Source of the DNA: a virus
Taxonomy: Duplodnaviria > Caudoviricetes
IMG/VR virus record: IMGVR_UViG_3300042393_000070
Span: 1-31,358 of that record
Strand: one strand, 5' to 3'
DNA: 31,358 nt
A program made the position numbers and the translations under genes. The notes under the pieces were generated by a model. It was not told the origin of the DNA and made no database searches. It saw nothing but the letters and a program-made list of their open reading frames with translations. Shown here in pieces: positions 9,319 to 17,854 of this stretch (the first letter of the stretch is position 1; each line of letters opens with the position of its first letter).

Positions 9319-9582
9319 TTAAATGTCATCAAAATTGATGTTAAAGATAGGTTGCTCATTTGTTACTGTAATGTCTTTTGTTTCTCTTGGTTTACCTGCA
9401 TAGTAATTATAGAATAATTGTGTGAATTTAAAGTCACCATTCTCTAATCCTTTTTCTAATGCCATAAATGCTATTGGTTCTAATGCTCCAAGTTTCTCAA
9501 GTAACTTTACTTCTTCTGCTTTTGATTTACGTCCTGCACTTTTATTACCACCGTTGTATTTTCTTTTATCTTCCATAATCAA
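9319..9582 (-). CDS. Putative terminase small subunit
   Basis: Directly upstream of terL; NGG..AGRKSK N-terminus and GKPRET. Confidence 0.65.
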   Translation of the reverse strand: MIMEDKRKYNGGNKSAGRKSKAEEVKLLEKLGALEPIAFMALEKGLENGDFKFTQLFYNYYAGKPRETKDITVTNEQPIFNINFDDI

Positions 9583-9619
9583 ATAATATCATTATTGAAT
9601 TAAAAATAAATAAAATCTA

Positions 9620-9853
9620 TTATTGTTTATCTTTAAATCCTTTTTTCAATCTCATTAAATTATTTGCTCTTTCTTTTATCTGTTTAAATTGCTCATCAAT
9701 TTTATTATGATATTCTTTTGAAATAGAATTATGCCAAAATTCGCATATATCATTGCAGTATAAACCATCAGTAAATCCAGTATTTATAATCTTACTACAC
9801 CAATGACATAATGTAGCACCTTTACCATTATTAAATTTATGTATTGGTTTCAT
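9620..9853 (-). CDS. Small Cys/His protein (77 aa)
   Basis: KFNNGKGATLCHWC ... YCNDIC; probable Zn binding. Confidence 0.65.
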   Translation of the reverse strand: MKPIHKFNNGKGATLCHWCSKIINTGFTDGLYCNDICEFWHNSISKEYHNKIDEQFKQIKERANNLMRLKKGFKDKQ

Positions 9854-9942
9854 TCTGTTCCTTTTTTAATTAAATAATACCATAGCCAAATCAACTTTGA
9901 CCTTATAAATTCATAAGCTAATAACACTAATATATATTTCAT
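9850..9942 (-). CDS. Small hydrophobic peptide (30 aa)
   Basis: MKYILVLLAYEFIRSKLIWLWYYLIKKGTE; ATGA overlap with next gene. Confidence 0.5.
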   Translation of the reverse strand: MKYILVLLAYEFIRSKLIWLWYYLIKKGTE

Positions 9943-9954
9943 TCTTGTCATTCT

Positions 9955-10038
9955 TTAATATTTACTTATCGAGGACATTTTGTCCTTGATTTTGTCCTTG
10001 ATGAATTCATAATCTAATAATATTAATATATATTTCAT
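9955..10038 (-). CDS. Small peptide (27 aa), partial duplicate of 9850-9942
   Basis: MKYILILLDYEFIKDKIKDKMSSISKY; ATGA overlap with upstream gene. Confidence 0.35.
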   Translation of the reverse strand: MKYILILLDYEFIKDKIKDKMSSISKY

Positions 10039-10193
10039 AATTCTTTTGGTAGATTCATTTTGTTGTACTGTTTAAATAATTTTAATAGTTTTTCTACTTT
10101 TGTTATTTCCATATCTTCAAATAACCAGTGAGCAAATTCAATAGCATATTCATCAGCTATTTGTTGTAACTTTTCTTTAGTTGTCATCTTCAT
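10035..10193 (-). CDS. Small protein, ADEYAIxFAxWL family copy 1
   Basis: Paralogous to 12598-12780; start likely 10193 or 10187 rather than 10220. Confidence 0.6.
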   Translation of the reverse strand: MKMTTKEKLQQIADEYAIEFAHWLFEDMEITKVEKLLKLFKQYNKMNLPKEL

Positions 10194-10347
10194 CAGTTTT
10201 ATATTCCCAGAAGTATTCACATTCTAATCCTTCATTTGGTGGTTTAACAAAATATGATTGTCTAAACTTACTTGGTTCTGCTTTATATCTATAACATATA
10301 GAAGATAATTCACAGTTGTTTCCTGAACACATTGTTATATCTGGCAT
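10177..10347 (-). CDS. Small 4-Cys protein (56 aa), not in ORF track
   Basis: MPDITMCSGNNCELSSICYRYKA...QSYF...CEYFW, a pattern I recognise from small phage proteins. Confidence 0.75.
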   Translation of the reverse strand: MPDITMCSGNNCELSSICYRYKAEPSKFRQSYFVKPPNEGLECEYFWEYKTDEDDN

Positions 10348-10348
10348 C

Positions 10349-10897
10349 TTAATTGTTTTTATTATGTTCTATTACTTTCATATTCATATCGTAGATAGCT
10401 TCTAAACGGATTATCATTACATTGTGATGTTCTGTATCTTTTGTTTGATTAAGAAGATTGTTTAAGTTGTTTATTATTTTGTATTCGTATGCTGCTTTTT
10501 CAAGTTTATTTATTCTTAAATTACTTTCTTGTAATTGTATTTCTAATTCAGATACTTTTAAGTTTTTCTTTTTAAGTTCTAATCTTAATTCTTCATTATC
10601 TTCTGTATTTAATATATTTTCTTCATCAATTTCATTTACTATTATGTTTCTTAAACTTCTTAAATCTCTATTAAACTTTTCATACATTTCATAGTTATTT
10701 AAAGAATGAATTACAGTAGCGTGATTCTTATTTACTGATTCAGCTATCTCTTGTAATGTCATTTTAGGTTTAAAATGCTTTATCAAATAGAAATATAATG
10801 CTCTTGCTTCTATTATATTATGCTTTCTACTATTTTTAGAAACATCTATATCAGTTTCTTTTAATATTATTTCTTTTAATCTTTCTGTTATTTCCAT
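10349..10897 (-). CDS. DnaA domain IV-like HTH protein with coiled coil
   Basis: SRKHNIIEARALYFYL...TLQEIAESVNKNHATVIHSL parallels the DnaA C-terminal signature. Confidence 0.75.
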   Translation of the reverse strand: MEITERLKEIILKETDIDVSKNSRKHNIIEARALYFYLIKHFKPKMTLQEIAESVNKNHATVIHSLNNYEMYEKFNRDLRSLRNIIVNEIDEENILNTEDNEELRLELKKKNLKVSELEIQLQESNLRINKLEKAAYEYKIINNLNNLLNQTKDTEHHNVMIIRLEAIYDMNMKVIEHNKNN

Positions 10898-11632
10898 TTA
10901 AAATAATTTTTGTTGATTGGTATGGTTTATTATTCTTTGTATTGCTTTGTCGTAATACTCTTTGTCTAATTCACAAGCTGTTAAATCATATTTATAATCG
11001 TGACAAGCTATTGCTATTGAACCTGAACCTAAATGTGTATCAAGTATTTTTGGTTCGTTTCCTTTGCATTTTTTACAAGTTTGAACATCACAATCTATTG
11101 TATTACTTGCAACTTCTCCACTTCCACCACATTCACTACATTTAGCATATTTATCTAATAACCATTTGTAAAGTGCTACTGGTTTTTGTGTTGGGTGTAT
11201 AGATTTTTCTTTTTTATTTCTACCTAAAACACCATCACTTAATCCGCCCCAAGCATATCTAAACTGTTTTGTATTTTTATCAAATGAAGTCCAAGCAAGT
11301 TCTCCATCTGCAAAATTTTCTACTTGAACCATTTTATCCCAAAATATATAACATCTTGTAGGTGGTAAATTAAAATAATTACCGCCCCAAATTATTTGAT
11401 TTTTAGAAACCCTAAAAAGTTCTTGAAAATACAATTCACTTGGGTAATTATCATTCCATAATCCAGATATAAATCTATTTTTTATTTTATTTTTAGTTTC
11501 TTTTATATTTTTAAAAACATCCAATCCATAAGGAGGGTCTACAATAGCTAAATCAAAATAGTTATCAGGATAACGTGCCATCAATAACATATTATCTTCG
11601 TTTGTTATTGTTATTTTATCTGTTACTTTCAT
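10898..11632 (-). CDS. DNA N6-adenine/N4-cytosine methyltransferase (beta class), orphan
   Basis: DPPY, HPTQKP, ILDTHLGSGS and ACELD motifs. Confidence 0.92.
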   Translation of the reverse strand: MKVTDKITITNEDNMLLMARYPDNYFDLAIVDPPYGLDVFKNIKETKNKIKNRFISGLWNDNYPSELYFQELFRVSKNQIIWGGNYFNLPPTRCYIFWDKMVQVENFADGELAWTSFDKNTKQFRYAWGGLSDGVLGRNKKEKSIHPTQKPVALYKWLLDKYAKCSECGGSGEVASNTIDCDVQTCKKCKGNEPKILDTHLGSGSIAIACHDYKYDLTACELDKEYYDKAIQRIINHTNQQKLF

Positions 11633-12405
11633 AGTACACCTCTTAATACATATTGATTTAAATCTACATCGCTATCTTCTCCAAAGAAGTATTTATAATT
11701 ATCTATTCCTTGTTCAAGTTTACGTTTACCTTTTTCGTAAAATTCATCTGAACATTCAAATATACCTATATCTAAACTTCCTTTATCAATACAAACAAAA
11801 ACAAATTCATCTACATTAAACATTTCCCTGTAAAGATATGCTTGTAAATCATAACTGTATTTATCTGCTGAATATCTAAATTCATTTAATCCTGTTGTAG
11901 TTTTTAAATCTACTATTTGATTTGGTTTTAATATATCTGCTTTAGCTCTAAATGGTATTCCATCTATCATTGCTATTTCTGGAATCTCAAATTGTGCTTT
12001 AGACATATAGTGTACTGCTTCATCGTTTCTTAAAATTGCATCAGCTAATCTTTCTGCTGCTTTAATCTCATTTGTAGTGTAAACTTCTAATCCTTCTGCT
12101 TTTGCTTCTTTGTATGCTTTTCCTGCTTTTGTTGCTACATCTACTATTGTTAATTCATCTATTTTATGTGGCTCTAAAATCATTGTATGGAATAGTTTAC
12201 CATCACGTAAAGGTTGTGTTTCACTTTGTCCGTACTTTGTAACGTACTTATAAGTTTTAGGACTTGATAGTACCATTTTAAGACTTGAAGAAGATAAAGC
12301 TTGTTTACCTAAATAACCATAGTAAAATGTATCATCATACATATTGTCTATTAGTTCTTGCTTATCCCAAATCTTGTTATCGAATGTTTTAATTTTTGTT
12401 TCCAT
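11629..12405 (-). CDS. PD-(D/E)XK exonuclease (RecE/DUF3799-like)
   Basis: LSSSSLK, FHTMILEP, RAKADIL..IVDLKTT, YDLQAYLY. Confidence 0.85.
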   Translation of the reverse strand: METKIKTFDNKIWDKQELIDNMYDDTFYYGYLGKQALSSSSLKMVLSSPKTYKYVTKYGQSETQPLRDGKLFHTMILEPHKIDELTIVDVATKAGKAYKEAKAEGLEVYTTNEIKAAERLADAILRNDEAVHYMSKAQFEIPEIAMIDGIPFRAKADILKPNQIVDLKTTTGLNEFRYSADKYSYDLQAYLYREMFNVDEFVFVCIDKGSLDIGIFECSDEFYEKGKRKLEQGIDNYKYFFGEDSDVDLNQYVLRGVL

Positions 12406-12592
12406 TATTTATTATTAGTTTTAATATGTAATCGTATGTTGCTAATTCTCTTTCTGTACTATCAATCATTATTTGTAAATGCTCATCAGATGTTAAACTT
12501 TGTCCTGACATTAGTTCACCAATGTATTTAAACAATTCTCTATCTAATCCTTGTATTTTAGATTGTATTGTAAAGTATGCAGCTTCATTCAT
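12389..12592 (-). CDS. Hypothetical protein (67 aa)
   Basis: Tightly packed minus-strand ORF. Confidence 0.6.
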   Translation of the reverse strand: MNEAAYFTIQSKIQGLDRELFKYIGELMSGQSLTSDEHLQIMIDSTERELATYDYILKLIINNGNKN

Positions 12593-12597
12593 ATTTT

Positions 12598-12780
12598 TTA
12601 TATTTCTTGTTTATAAATTTCTAATAGTTCTTTTACTGATTTTACACCATCATAATTTTTAAGTAACCACTCTGCAAAATCAATAGCATATTCGTCAGCT
12701 ATTTGTTCACATTCTTTAGCAAATTTAATCGCTTGTACTTTTGAACCTATCTCAAATTTTGTTGTGAATTTCTCTATCAT
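12598..12780 (-). CDS. Small protein, ADEYAIxFAxWL family copy 2
   Basis: CEQIADEYAIDFAEWLL...KELLEIYK. Confidence 0.65.
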   Translation of the reverse strand: MIEKFTTKFEIGSKVQAIKFAKECEQIADEYAIDFAEWLLKNYDGVKSVKELLEIYKQEI

Positions 12781-13043
12781 AATTTCTCTATGTTTTGTTT
12801 AACTTCCATCCAATATTGCAATTGATGAACTATAAATCTAACTTCGTCATTTATTACTATTTTACTTTCTAAATCAGACATTGATTGGTATTCTCCAAGC
12901 ATTTCTTCAACTGCTATTAAAGAATGTTTTTTAGCCTTTCTTTTTACTTCTGTAAATCCAGTTAATTTTAATTGTATATGTAATCTACCTTCAGTTCCTA
13001 CATATTTATCATATAACTCTTGTGCTTTTTCTTTTGGTGTCAT
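12777..13043 (-). CDS. Hypothetical protein (MTPKEKAxEL family)
   Basis: MTPKEKAQEL...LIAVEE...YWMEVKQNIEKL; ATGA overlaps on both sides. Confidence 0.7.
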   Translation of the reverse strand: MTPKEKAQELYDKYVGTEGRLHIQLKLTGFTEVKRKAKKHSLIAVEEMLGEYQSMSDLESKIVINDEVRFIVHQLQYWMEVKQNIEKL

Positions 13044-13246
13044 AATTTTATATTATCTAAATTATTCATTGTTTCATCATAATTTAATACATCTCTAATC
13101 TGTTGTGCATAAGCATCTGATTCATTCCAATCTTTTACTAATGCATTAGCAATTAATTCTAATTGTTTACGTACATAAACGTTTTCAGTTGTTTCTAAAA
13201 TAGAAATGCAAGTTTCTAACTTAAATAAAATTTGTAGTTTGTCCAT
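13040..13246 (-). CDS. Hypothetical protein, first gene of an early operon
   Basis: AAACAAACAAAATG leader; promoter just upstream. Confidence 0.7.
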   Translation of the reverse strand: MDKLQILFKLETCISILETTENVYVRKQLELIANALVKDWNESDAYAQQIRDVLNYDETMNNLDNIKL

Positions 13247-13273
13247 TTTGTTTGTTTTTTAAATTGTTATACG

Positions 13274-13323
13274 CAAATGTAAACATTATTTGTTTATAAA
13301 AAACATTTTAACATAAAATTAAC
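13274..13323 (-). promoter_or_regulatory. Bacteroidota-type promoter with TTAAC-N6-TTAAC box
   Basis: TACATTTG at 13281-13274; TTAAC at 13308 and 13319. Confidence 0.7.
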
Positions 13324-13325
13324 AC

Positions 13326-13352
13326 AAAAAAAAACAATCATTTCTGATTGCT
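13326..13352 (-). terminator. Intrinsic terminator
   Basis: GCAATCA-GAAA-TGATTGT plus T run; near copy of 7599-7625. Confidence 0.8.
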
Positions 13353-13475
13353 TAATTTAATATTTATTATTTTACGGTATATTTCGTTTACTCTTTCCGA
13401 GTTTAATCCCCTGTTATAATTGAATTTCATTATACGTTGGATTCTTTGTAATGCTGATTGTTTACTCTTTGTCAT
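13338..13475 (-). CDS. Small basic protein (45 aa), not in ORF track
   Basis: MTKSKQSALQRIQRIMKFNYNRGLNSERVNEIYRKII... Confidence 0.55.
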   Translation of the reverse strand: MTKSKQSALQRIQRIMKFNYNRGLNSERVNEIYRKIINIKLSNQK

Positions 13476-13650
13476 ATTGTTTTAATTTTTCTAAATATAA
13501 TATCATATCCATTGCTTCTTGTTGAGCGTGATTTAGCCATTCTAAACGTGTTAAATCTGTTCTGTCTAATGTTATACCATATTTAACTTTACCTACTTCA
13601 GAGCGTTGTTTAAATTGCTCTATAACTGATTCTACTATACTATCTTTCAT
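13462..13650 (-). CDS. Small helical phage protein, possibly NTP-pyrophosphatase-like
   Basis: RSEVGKVKYGITLDRTDL..WLNHAQQEAMD..LYL; function uncertain. Confidence 0.65.
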   Translation of the reverse strand: MKDSIVESVIEQFKQRSEVGKVKYGITLDRTDLTRLEWLNHAQQEAMDMILYLEKLKQYDKE

Positions 13651-13910
13651 TTACTAAATCTTTTAGAATGTTGTGTGTATAATTCCATAACCTTTTTAGA
13701 TGCTTCATATTCTGTAAATTCTATTTTTGTTTTATCTATTTCAAAAGTATATATCTTTAAGTTGTCTGATATTTGAAACTTAATAACGTGATACATTTTT
13801 GTGTTCTGTATTGGTTGTATAACATAAGCTAAATCATTATTCCAGCACAATCTCATTGCTTGTATTTCATCTTCTTTTGGAGAATACTTTTCTGATTGCT
13901 TTTTAGCCAT
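13647..13910 (-). CDS. Hypothetical protein
   Basis: Start probably MAKKQ at 13910, overlapping the upstream stop. Confidence 0.6.
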   Translation of the reverse strand: MAKKQSEKYSPKEDEIQAMRLCWNNDLAYVIQPIQNTKMYHVIKFQISDNLKIYTFEIDKTKIEFTEYEASKKVMELYTQHSKRFSK

Positions 13911-14070
13911 TTGTAACATCTTTTTTAAATATTGATTTTAATATTACAGGTGACCAATTTTGTGTTAAACATAAATTATAAAGCATTTGCCCTAATTCAT
14001 CAATATCAATGTCATCATTTTCTGTTTCTATTGTTGATGTTTTTCCGTAAGATGTGTAAGTTAATTTCAT
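13903..14070 (-). CDS. Small hypothetical protein (55 aa), not in ORF track
   Basis: MKLTYTSYGKTSTIETENDDIDIDELGQMLYNLC...; TAATG overlap at 14070. Confidence 0.65.
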   Translation of the reverse strand: MKLTYTSYGKTSTIETENDDIDIDELGQMLYNLCLTQNWSPVILKSIFKKDVTNG

Positions 14071-14426
14071 TAGTCAAGTTTTAAAAATTCTGTTTCTGCA
14101 TATTCAGTAAACCATTCACTGTTTTCTTTGTATTTGTCTATTACTGCATTTATAAAAACTAATTCATCTAAAGAACTTGTTTGCAGTTTAGAAACTATTT
14201 CTTCTATACTTCTTAATATATTAGTTGTTGTTTCAGGGTCTGTATTGTATATTATTTTAAATTCGTTTCTTACTATTTCTTCTAAGTCTTTATTTAAACT
14301 ATTTATCTTGTGTTTAATTTGTTGCTTGTACTGTTGTGTAAAGAATAAATTCTCATTTGATTCTAACAGTAACTGACTTAATATTACTGATTTTAAATAT
14401 TCTTGTTGTATTGCGTTTACTTCCAT
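14070..14426 (-). CDS. Hypothetical helical protein (118 aa)
   Basis: Packed ORF within operon. Confidence 0.65.
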   Translation of the reverse strand: MEVNAIQQEYLKSVILSQLLLESNENLFFTQQYKQQIKHKINSLNKDLEEIVRNEFKIIYNTDPETTTNILRSIEEIVSKLQTSSLDELVFINAVIDKYKENSEWFTEYAETEFLKLD

Positions 14427-14812
14427 TGTTTTGCTTTTGTTAGTTCTAAATATGCTACTTCTTTTTCTATTCTTTGTGTGTTGTAAAATTGTGTTGTTGC
14501 TGGGTTCTTATTATTAGTTTCCCATTCTGGAATAATTAGATTTAAGTTAAAACTGTATATTCCTTTTGGAGTTGAGTTAAAATACATTGGTGTATCTAAA
14601 TGCTTTTCACATTCTTGCTTCATTGCATCATACTTTTTCTTTTCAAGTAGTAAAGTATTGTAATGTGTTTTTCTGCATTTAAGTTCTAATCTATGTCCTT
14701 TGATGGGACTGTAACAATCCCACCTTGACATTTGATTTTTAGCTTTAACTAAATCAGGATATACATTTTCTTTTAACCAATTAAATAAATCAACTTCTGT
14801 CCAGCTATTCAT
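14417..14812 (-). CDS. Small PD-(D/E)XK endonuclease (resolvase-like)
   Basis: E...WDCYS...LELKCR catalytic pattern. Confidence 0.6.
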   Translation of the reverse strand: MNSWTEVDLFNWLKENVYPDLVKAKNQMSRWDCYSPIKGHRLELKCRKTHYNTLLLEKKKYDAMKQECEKHLDTPMYFNSTPKGIYSFNLNLIIPEWETNNKNPATTQFYNTQRIEKEVAYLELTKAKQWK

Positions 14813-15188
14813 TTATTTTATATTCGTTGTACACACGTCTTAATTCATCGAGTTTACCTTTCCAACAACTTGCACAAGAACTTATCTGTAAACGATAGTT
14901 AAATACGTTAAAATAAATATCTGACACTTCTTGTTGTTCTATTGCAGTTAATGTAGTTTGTTGAGCAGACAAATATTTTGTTAGTTTTGTATAATCTGAT
15001 TCATTTAAACAATTAATATTTCTGTTATAAGGAAATAAATTATTTAACTTTTCTTTTCTTTCATCGCAATTACAATCTAATCCGGTTACATCGGTAAATA
15101 TCTTAACTGCTTTTTTAATTCCGGTAGCTGTTGTAATTTTTTCAATAGTATCTCCAAGACCTATTGATTCTTTTTTCTTTTTTGCCAT
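14805..15188 (-). CDS. Cys-containing phage protein (GLGDT family)
   Basis: GLGDTIEKITTATGIKKAV, DCNCDERKEKLN, CASC. Confidence 0.7.
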   Translation of the reverse strand: MAKKKKESIGLGDTIEKITTATGIKKAVKIFTDVTGLDCNCDERKEKLNNLFPYNRNINCLNESDYTKLTKYLSAQQTTLTAIEQQEVSDIYFNVFNYRLQISSCASCWKGKLDELRRVYNEYKINE

Positions 15189-15189
15189 T

Positions 15190-15594
15190 TTAAATTTTTA
15201 TTAAGTTATATTTATTATTATTATTTTTTATGTATGTTCTAACTGAAGAATAATCATATTGTAATGCATCACAAGCTGCTTTAATTGTATCATAAAATAT
15301 TCCTGTATTTAAATCTAATACTTCTTTAGCATAAGGATTTTTGCTTCCAGTTTGATTTCTAACTCCTTTTTCACATTTATATATTTTTTGAAATTCTAAT
15401 TCTTTTTTAAAAGCATCATTTAAATCTTTAGTAACATATAAAATATTTACAGCATCATTATCAATACAAAATCCACTTTTACTATTATGCTTCCATAATC
15501 TTTTTTGTAAATTAGTTGTAACTCCTATATAATTATCTAATAATAAATGATAAATTATAAAATCTTTTCCTTTAATTTTTTGTAATTTGCACAT
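15190..15594 (-). CDS. GIY-YIG-like homing endonuclease with NUMOD1-like tail
   Basis: IIY....NYIGVTTNLQKRLWKH; C-terminal TGIFYDTIKAACDAL. Confidence 0.7.
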   Translation of the reverse strand: MCKLQKIKGKDFIIYHLLLDNYIGVTTNLQKRLWKHNSKSGFCIDNDAVNILYVTKDLNDAFKKELEFQKIYKCEKGVRNQTGSKNPYAKEVLDLNTGIFYDTIKAACDALQYDYSSVRTYIKNNNNKYNLIKI

Positions 15595-15596
15595 AA

Positions 15597-16139
15597 TTAA
15601 TAAATTTGATTATAATCGTTGTTGGAATAATCGTCATATTCTTTTTGAAATTTTTGTTTTAAAATAATCTTATAATTTTTAATACTATGGAATATTGAAA
15701 TTAAACTAATTGTAGTTCCTGTAGCAATATCTCGCATAGATAAATCATTATCACGATATAATTTAAATAAAAGCATATCATAATGATTCCAGCTTTTTAT
15801 CTCATCATCAATTAACATACATATATCATTATATGCCTTATGTTCTTCTATGTTTGAATCATCAAATAATTCCCAGCATCCATCAATAGGTACTTTTGTT
15901 ATCTTTTTCTTTTTGTTATAATATTGGTAAAATAAAGAACGTAAAGTAAAGTATACATAACCTTTTCTTACATTGCCATTTTCGTCTATTATCTTTTCAG
16001 AAGAAGCATATTTCCATAAAGCAATATACGTTTCTTGGACTAAATCCTGTGCATAATCGTATTCACCAAATTTATTAATTATTTCAACCCATTCTTTATG
16101 GTGTTTTGCTACTTTTTCCAGCCAGTTGAAGTTGTCCAT
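15597..16139 (-). CDS. Phage-encoded sigma-70/ECF-like sigma factor
   Basis: Region 2 AQDLVQETYIALW; region 4 HTH LSMRDIATGTTISLISIFHSIK. Confidence 0.8.
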   Translation of the reverse strand: MDNFNWLEKVAKHHKEWVEIINKFGEYDYAQDLVQETYIALWKYASSEKIIDENGNVRKGYVYFTLRSLFYQYYNKKKKITKVPIDGCWELFDDSNIEEHKAYNDICMLIDDEIKSWNHYDMLLFKLYRDNDLSMRDIATGTTISLISIFHSIKNYKIILKQKFQKEYDDYSNNDYNQIY

Positions 16140-16327
16140 ATAAACGAAAATGATATTATTAATATTAGAACCTGTATAGTGTGTTCTGTTTCATCATCAA
16201 ATTCATCATCGTTGTACAATGCTCCAAGCATTACACCTTTAATCGGATTTATAATTATTTCACAATCGTAAAATTGTGCTATTATAAATGCAGTACATAA
16301 AATAAAACCTAAAGTTAATGTTATCAT
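16109..16327 (-). CDS. Small hydrophobic protein (72 aa)
   Basis: Hydrophobic N- and C-terminal segments. Confidence 0.55.
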   Translation of the reverse strand: MITLTLGFILCTAFIIAQFYDCEIIINPIKGVMLGALYNDDEFDDETEHTIQVLILIISFSFIWTTSTGWKK

Positions 16328-16328
16328 A

Positions 16329-16625
16329 TTAAAATAATTTTGCGTTTACTTTTGCTGTTTTCTTTTCAGATATTACTTCTTTTAATTGGATTGAAAAATC
16401 AATATGCGTTAATTCAGAATCAACTTCTAATAGTTCTTCAATGCAATCAGCTATAGGTGTTAAATTATATCTTGCTTCCATATCTGTTAATTCTTGTAAA
16501 TATACAAGCTTTTCTTTTAAATCTTTAAAAAAACTTATTAACATTTTATTATCTGAATGGTAAAGTAACATTCTTTCGTTTGAAACTTGTAATTCTTCTA
16601 AATGGTTTTTAATTGTTGTTTTCAA
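16329..16625 (-). CDS. Hypothetical protein (98 aa)
   Basis: TTG start overlapping the helicase stop. Confidence 0.55.
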   Translation of the reverse strand: MKTTIKNHLEELQVSNERMLLYHSDNKMLISFFKDLKEKLVYLQELTDMEARYNLTPIADCIEELLEVDSELTHIDFSIQLKEVISEKKTAKVNAKLF

Positions 16626-17470
16626 AATATATCTTTTAATGGGTCATAAAATGCTCCTTCAACTTGTGGCAATCCAAAATTATTTACTTTAAAACTAAAG
16701 TTTTCAAATGGTGCATTTCTTGAGCGTTTACAACTTACGGTTACTAATCCTTTATTTACTGTGTTTAATTCTAATTGTATTTGTGTTTCTGTTTTCTTTT
16801 CTAAAAATGAACCTAAATGCCCTGTTGGTTTATCAGTTCCAAAGTTAGAATGTATTACTGTTACTATGTGGCAATTTAACTCCTTTGACCATTTCATTAA
16901 CTTCTGGACAACTGCATTACTTTCCTCAATATTATTTACATCACTACATAAATCAGCTATTCCGTCAATTATAACTAATCCTATATCTGTTGCTTCAAGT
17001 TTATCATAAAGATAATATTCTATAAATTCAACTCTATCTTTAAATGATAATTGCCTTAATGCTAAAGTATGGTATTTATCTGTTTTTATACCAGTCATAT
17101 CAATAGGGCGTTTAAACACATTTGCAGCGTGGAAATTGCCTTGTTCAGTGTCAAAATGTATTAGGTGCTTATTATCTCTATTTGCCTTTAAATCACCTCC
17201 AAATTGTTCTAATTCATCTGCTAAATAAATTGCCGATAATAATGACACAAAGAATGTTTTTTTACTTTTAGGAGGAGCTTGTACAAAGCTAAAATTACCA
17301 TAAGTTCCAATAGGTGTAGGATATTCTATTTTACCATCTTTAGTTTCATAACTTTTAACACCAAATGAAATTGCAGGTTTTGGATGTACTATCTTTTCTA
17401 ATGGATTAATAAAGCATTCAGCTTCAAAAACTTCCATTAATAATCTTTTCTCGTCTTTATTTAATTCCAT
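16622..17470 (-). CDS. AAA_25/RepA-like SF4 helicase-type ATPase
   Basis: Variant Walker A APPKSKKT, HFDTEQG, Walker B LVIIDGIAD, VIHSN, GHLGS. Confidence 0.8.
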   Translation of the reverse strand: MELNKDEKRLLMEVFEAECFINPLEKIVHPKPAISFGVKSYETKDGKIEYPTPIGTYGNFSFVQAPPKSKKTFFVSLLSAIYLADELEQFGGDLKANRDNKHLIHFDTEQGNFHAANVFKRPIDMTGIKTDKYHTLALRQLSFKDRVEFIEYYLYDKLEATDIGLVIIDGIADLCSDVNNIEESNAVVQKLMKWSKELNCHIVTVIHSNFGTDKPTGHLGSFLEKKTETQIQLELNTVNKGLVTVSCKRSRNAPFENFSFKVNNFGLPQVEGAFYDPLKDIF

Positions 17471-17487
17471 TTGTTTGTTTGTTTGTT

Positions 17488-17515
17488 AAAAAAAGGGAAC
17501 TTTTACATTCCCTTT
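17488..17515 (-). terminator. Intrinsic terminator after ssb
   Basis: AAAGGGAA-TGTAAAAG-TTCCCTTT plus T run; a second hairpin (TTTAGG/CCTAAA) lies at about 17525-17546. Confidence 0.7.
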
Positions 17516-17557
17516 GAGTATAATTTTAGGTAGACTAATCCCTAAATTAATAATTAA

Positions 17558-17854
17558 TTAGAAAGGTAAATTGTCATCTAAAACTGATGCAGTCGCTTCT
17601 GCTTTTTTATCAGCAACTGAAATAGTTCCATTTGTCCAAATCACATTTCCATTACCTAAATACGTTTTAGGTTTTTTAGCTTCTCTTTCTTCTTTTGTTT
17701 GACTATCAGTTAAAGAAACATTTTGTCCCCATTGGTTAGATTCATCATTTACTCCAACTGTAAAGTTGTAATAAACTGCACCATCTTTTCCAGATACAAA
17801 TTTTTCTTTTGGTAATTTGTCAACTCTTAAACTTACATTAATTAATGCACTCAT
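17558..17854 (-). CDS. Putative single-stranded DNA-binding protein
   Basis: 98 aa, beta-rich, YLGNG motif, acidic DDNLPF C-terminal tip; follows ERF. Confidence 0.7.
   Translation of the reverse strand: MSALINVSLRVDKLPKEKFVSGKDGAVYYNFTVGVNDESNQWGQNVSLTDSQTKEEREAKKPKTYLGNGNVIWTNGTISVADKKAEATASVLDDNLPF

Noticed and set aside
10898-14812. Restriction-modification system (MTase plus PD-(D/E)XK nucleases)
   Set aside because: The nucleases fit phage recombination/resolvase families; the MTase looks orphan
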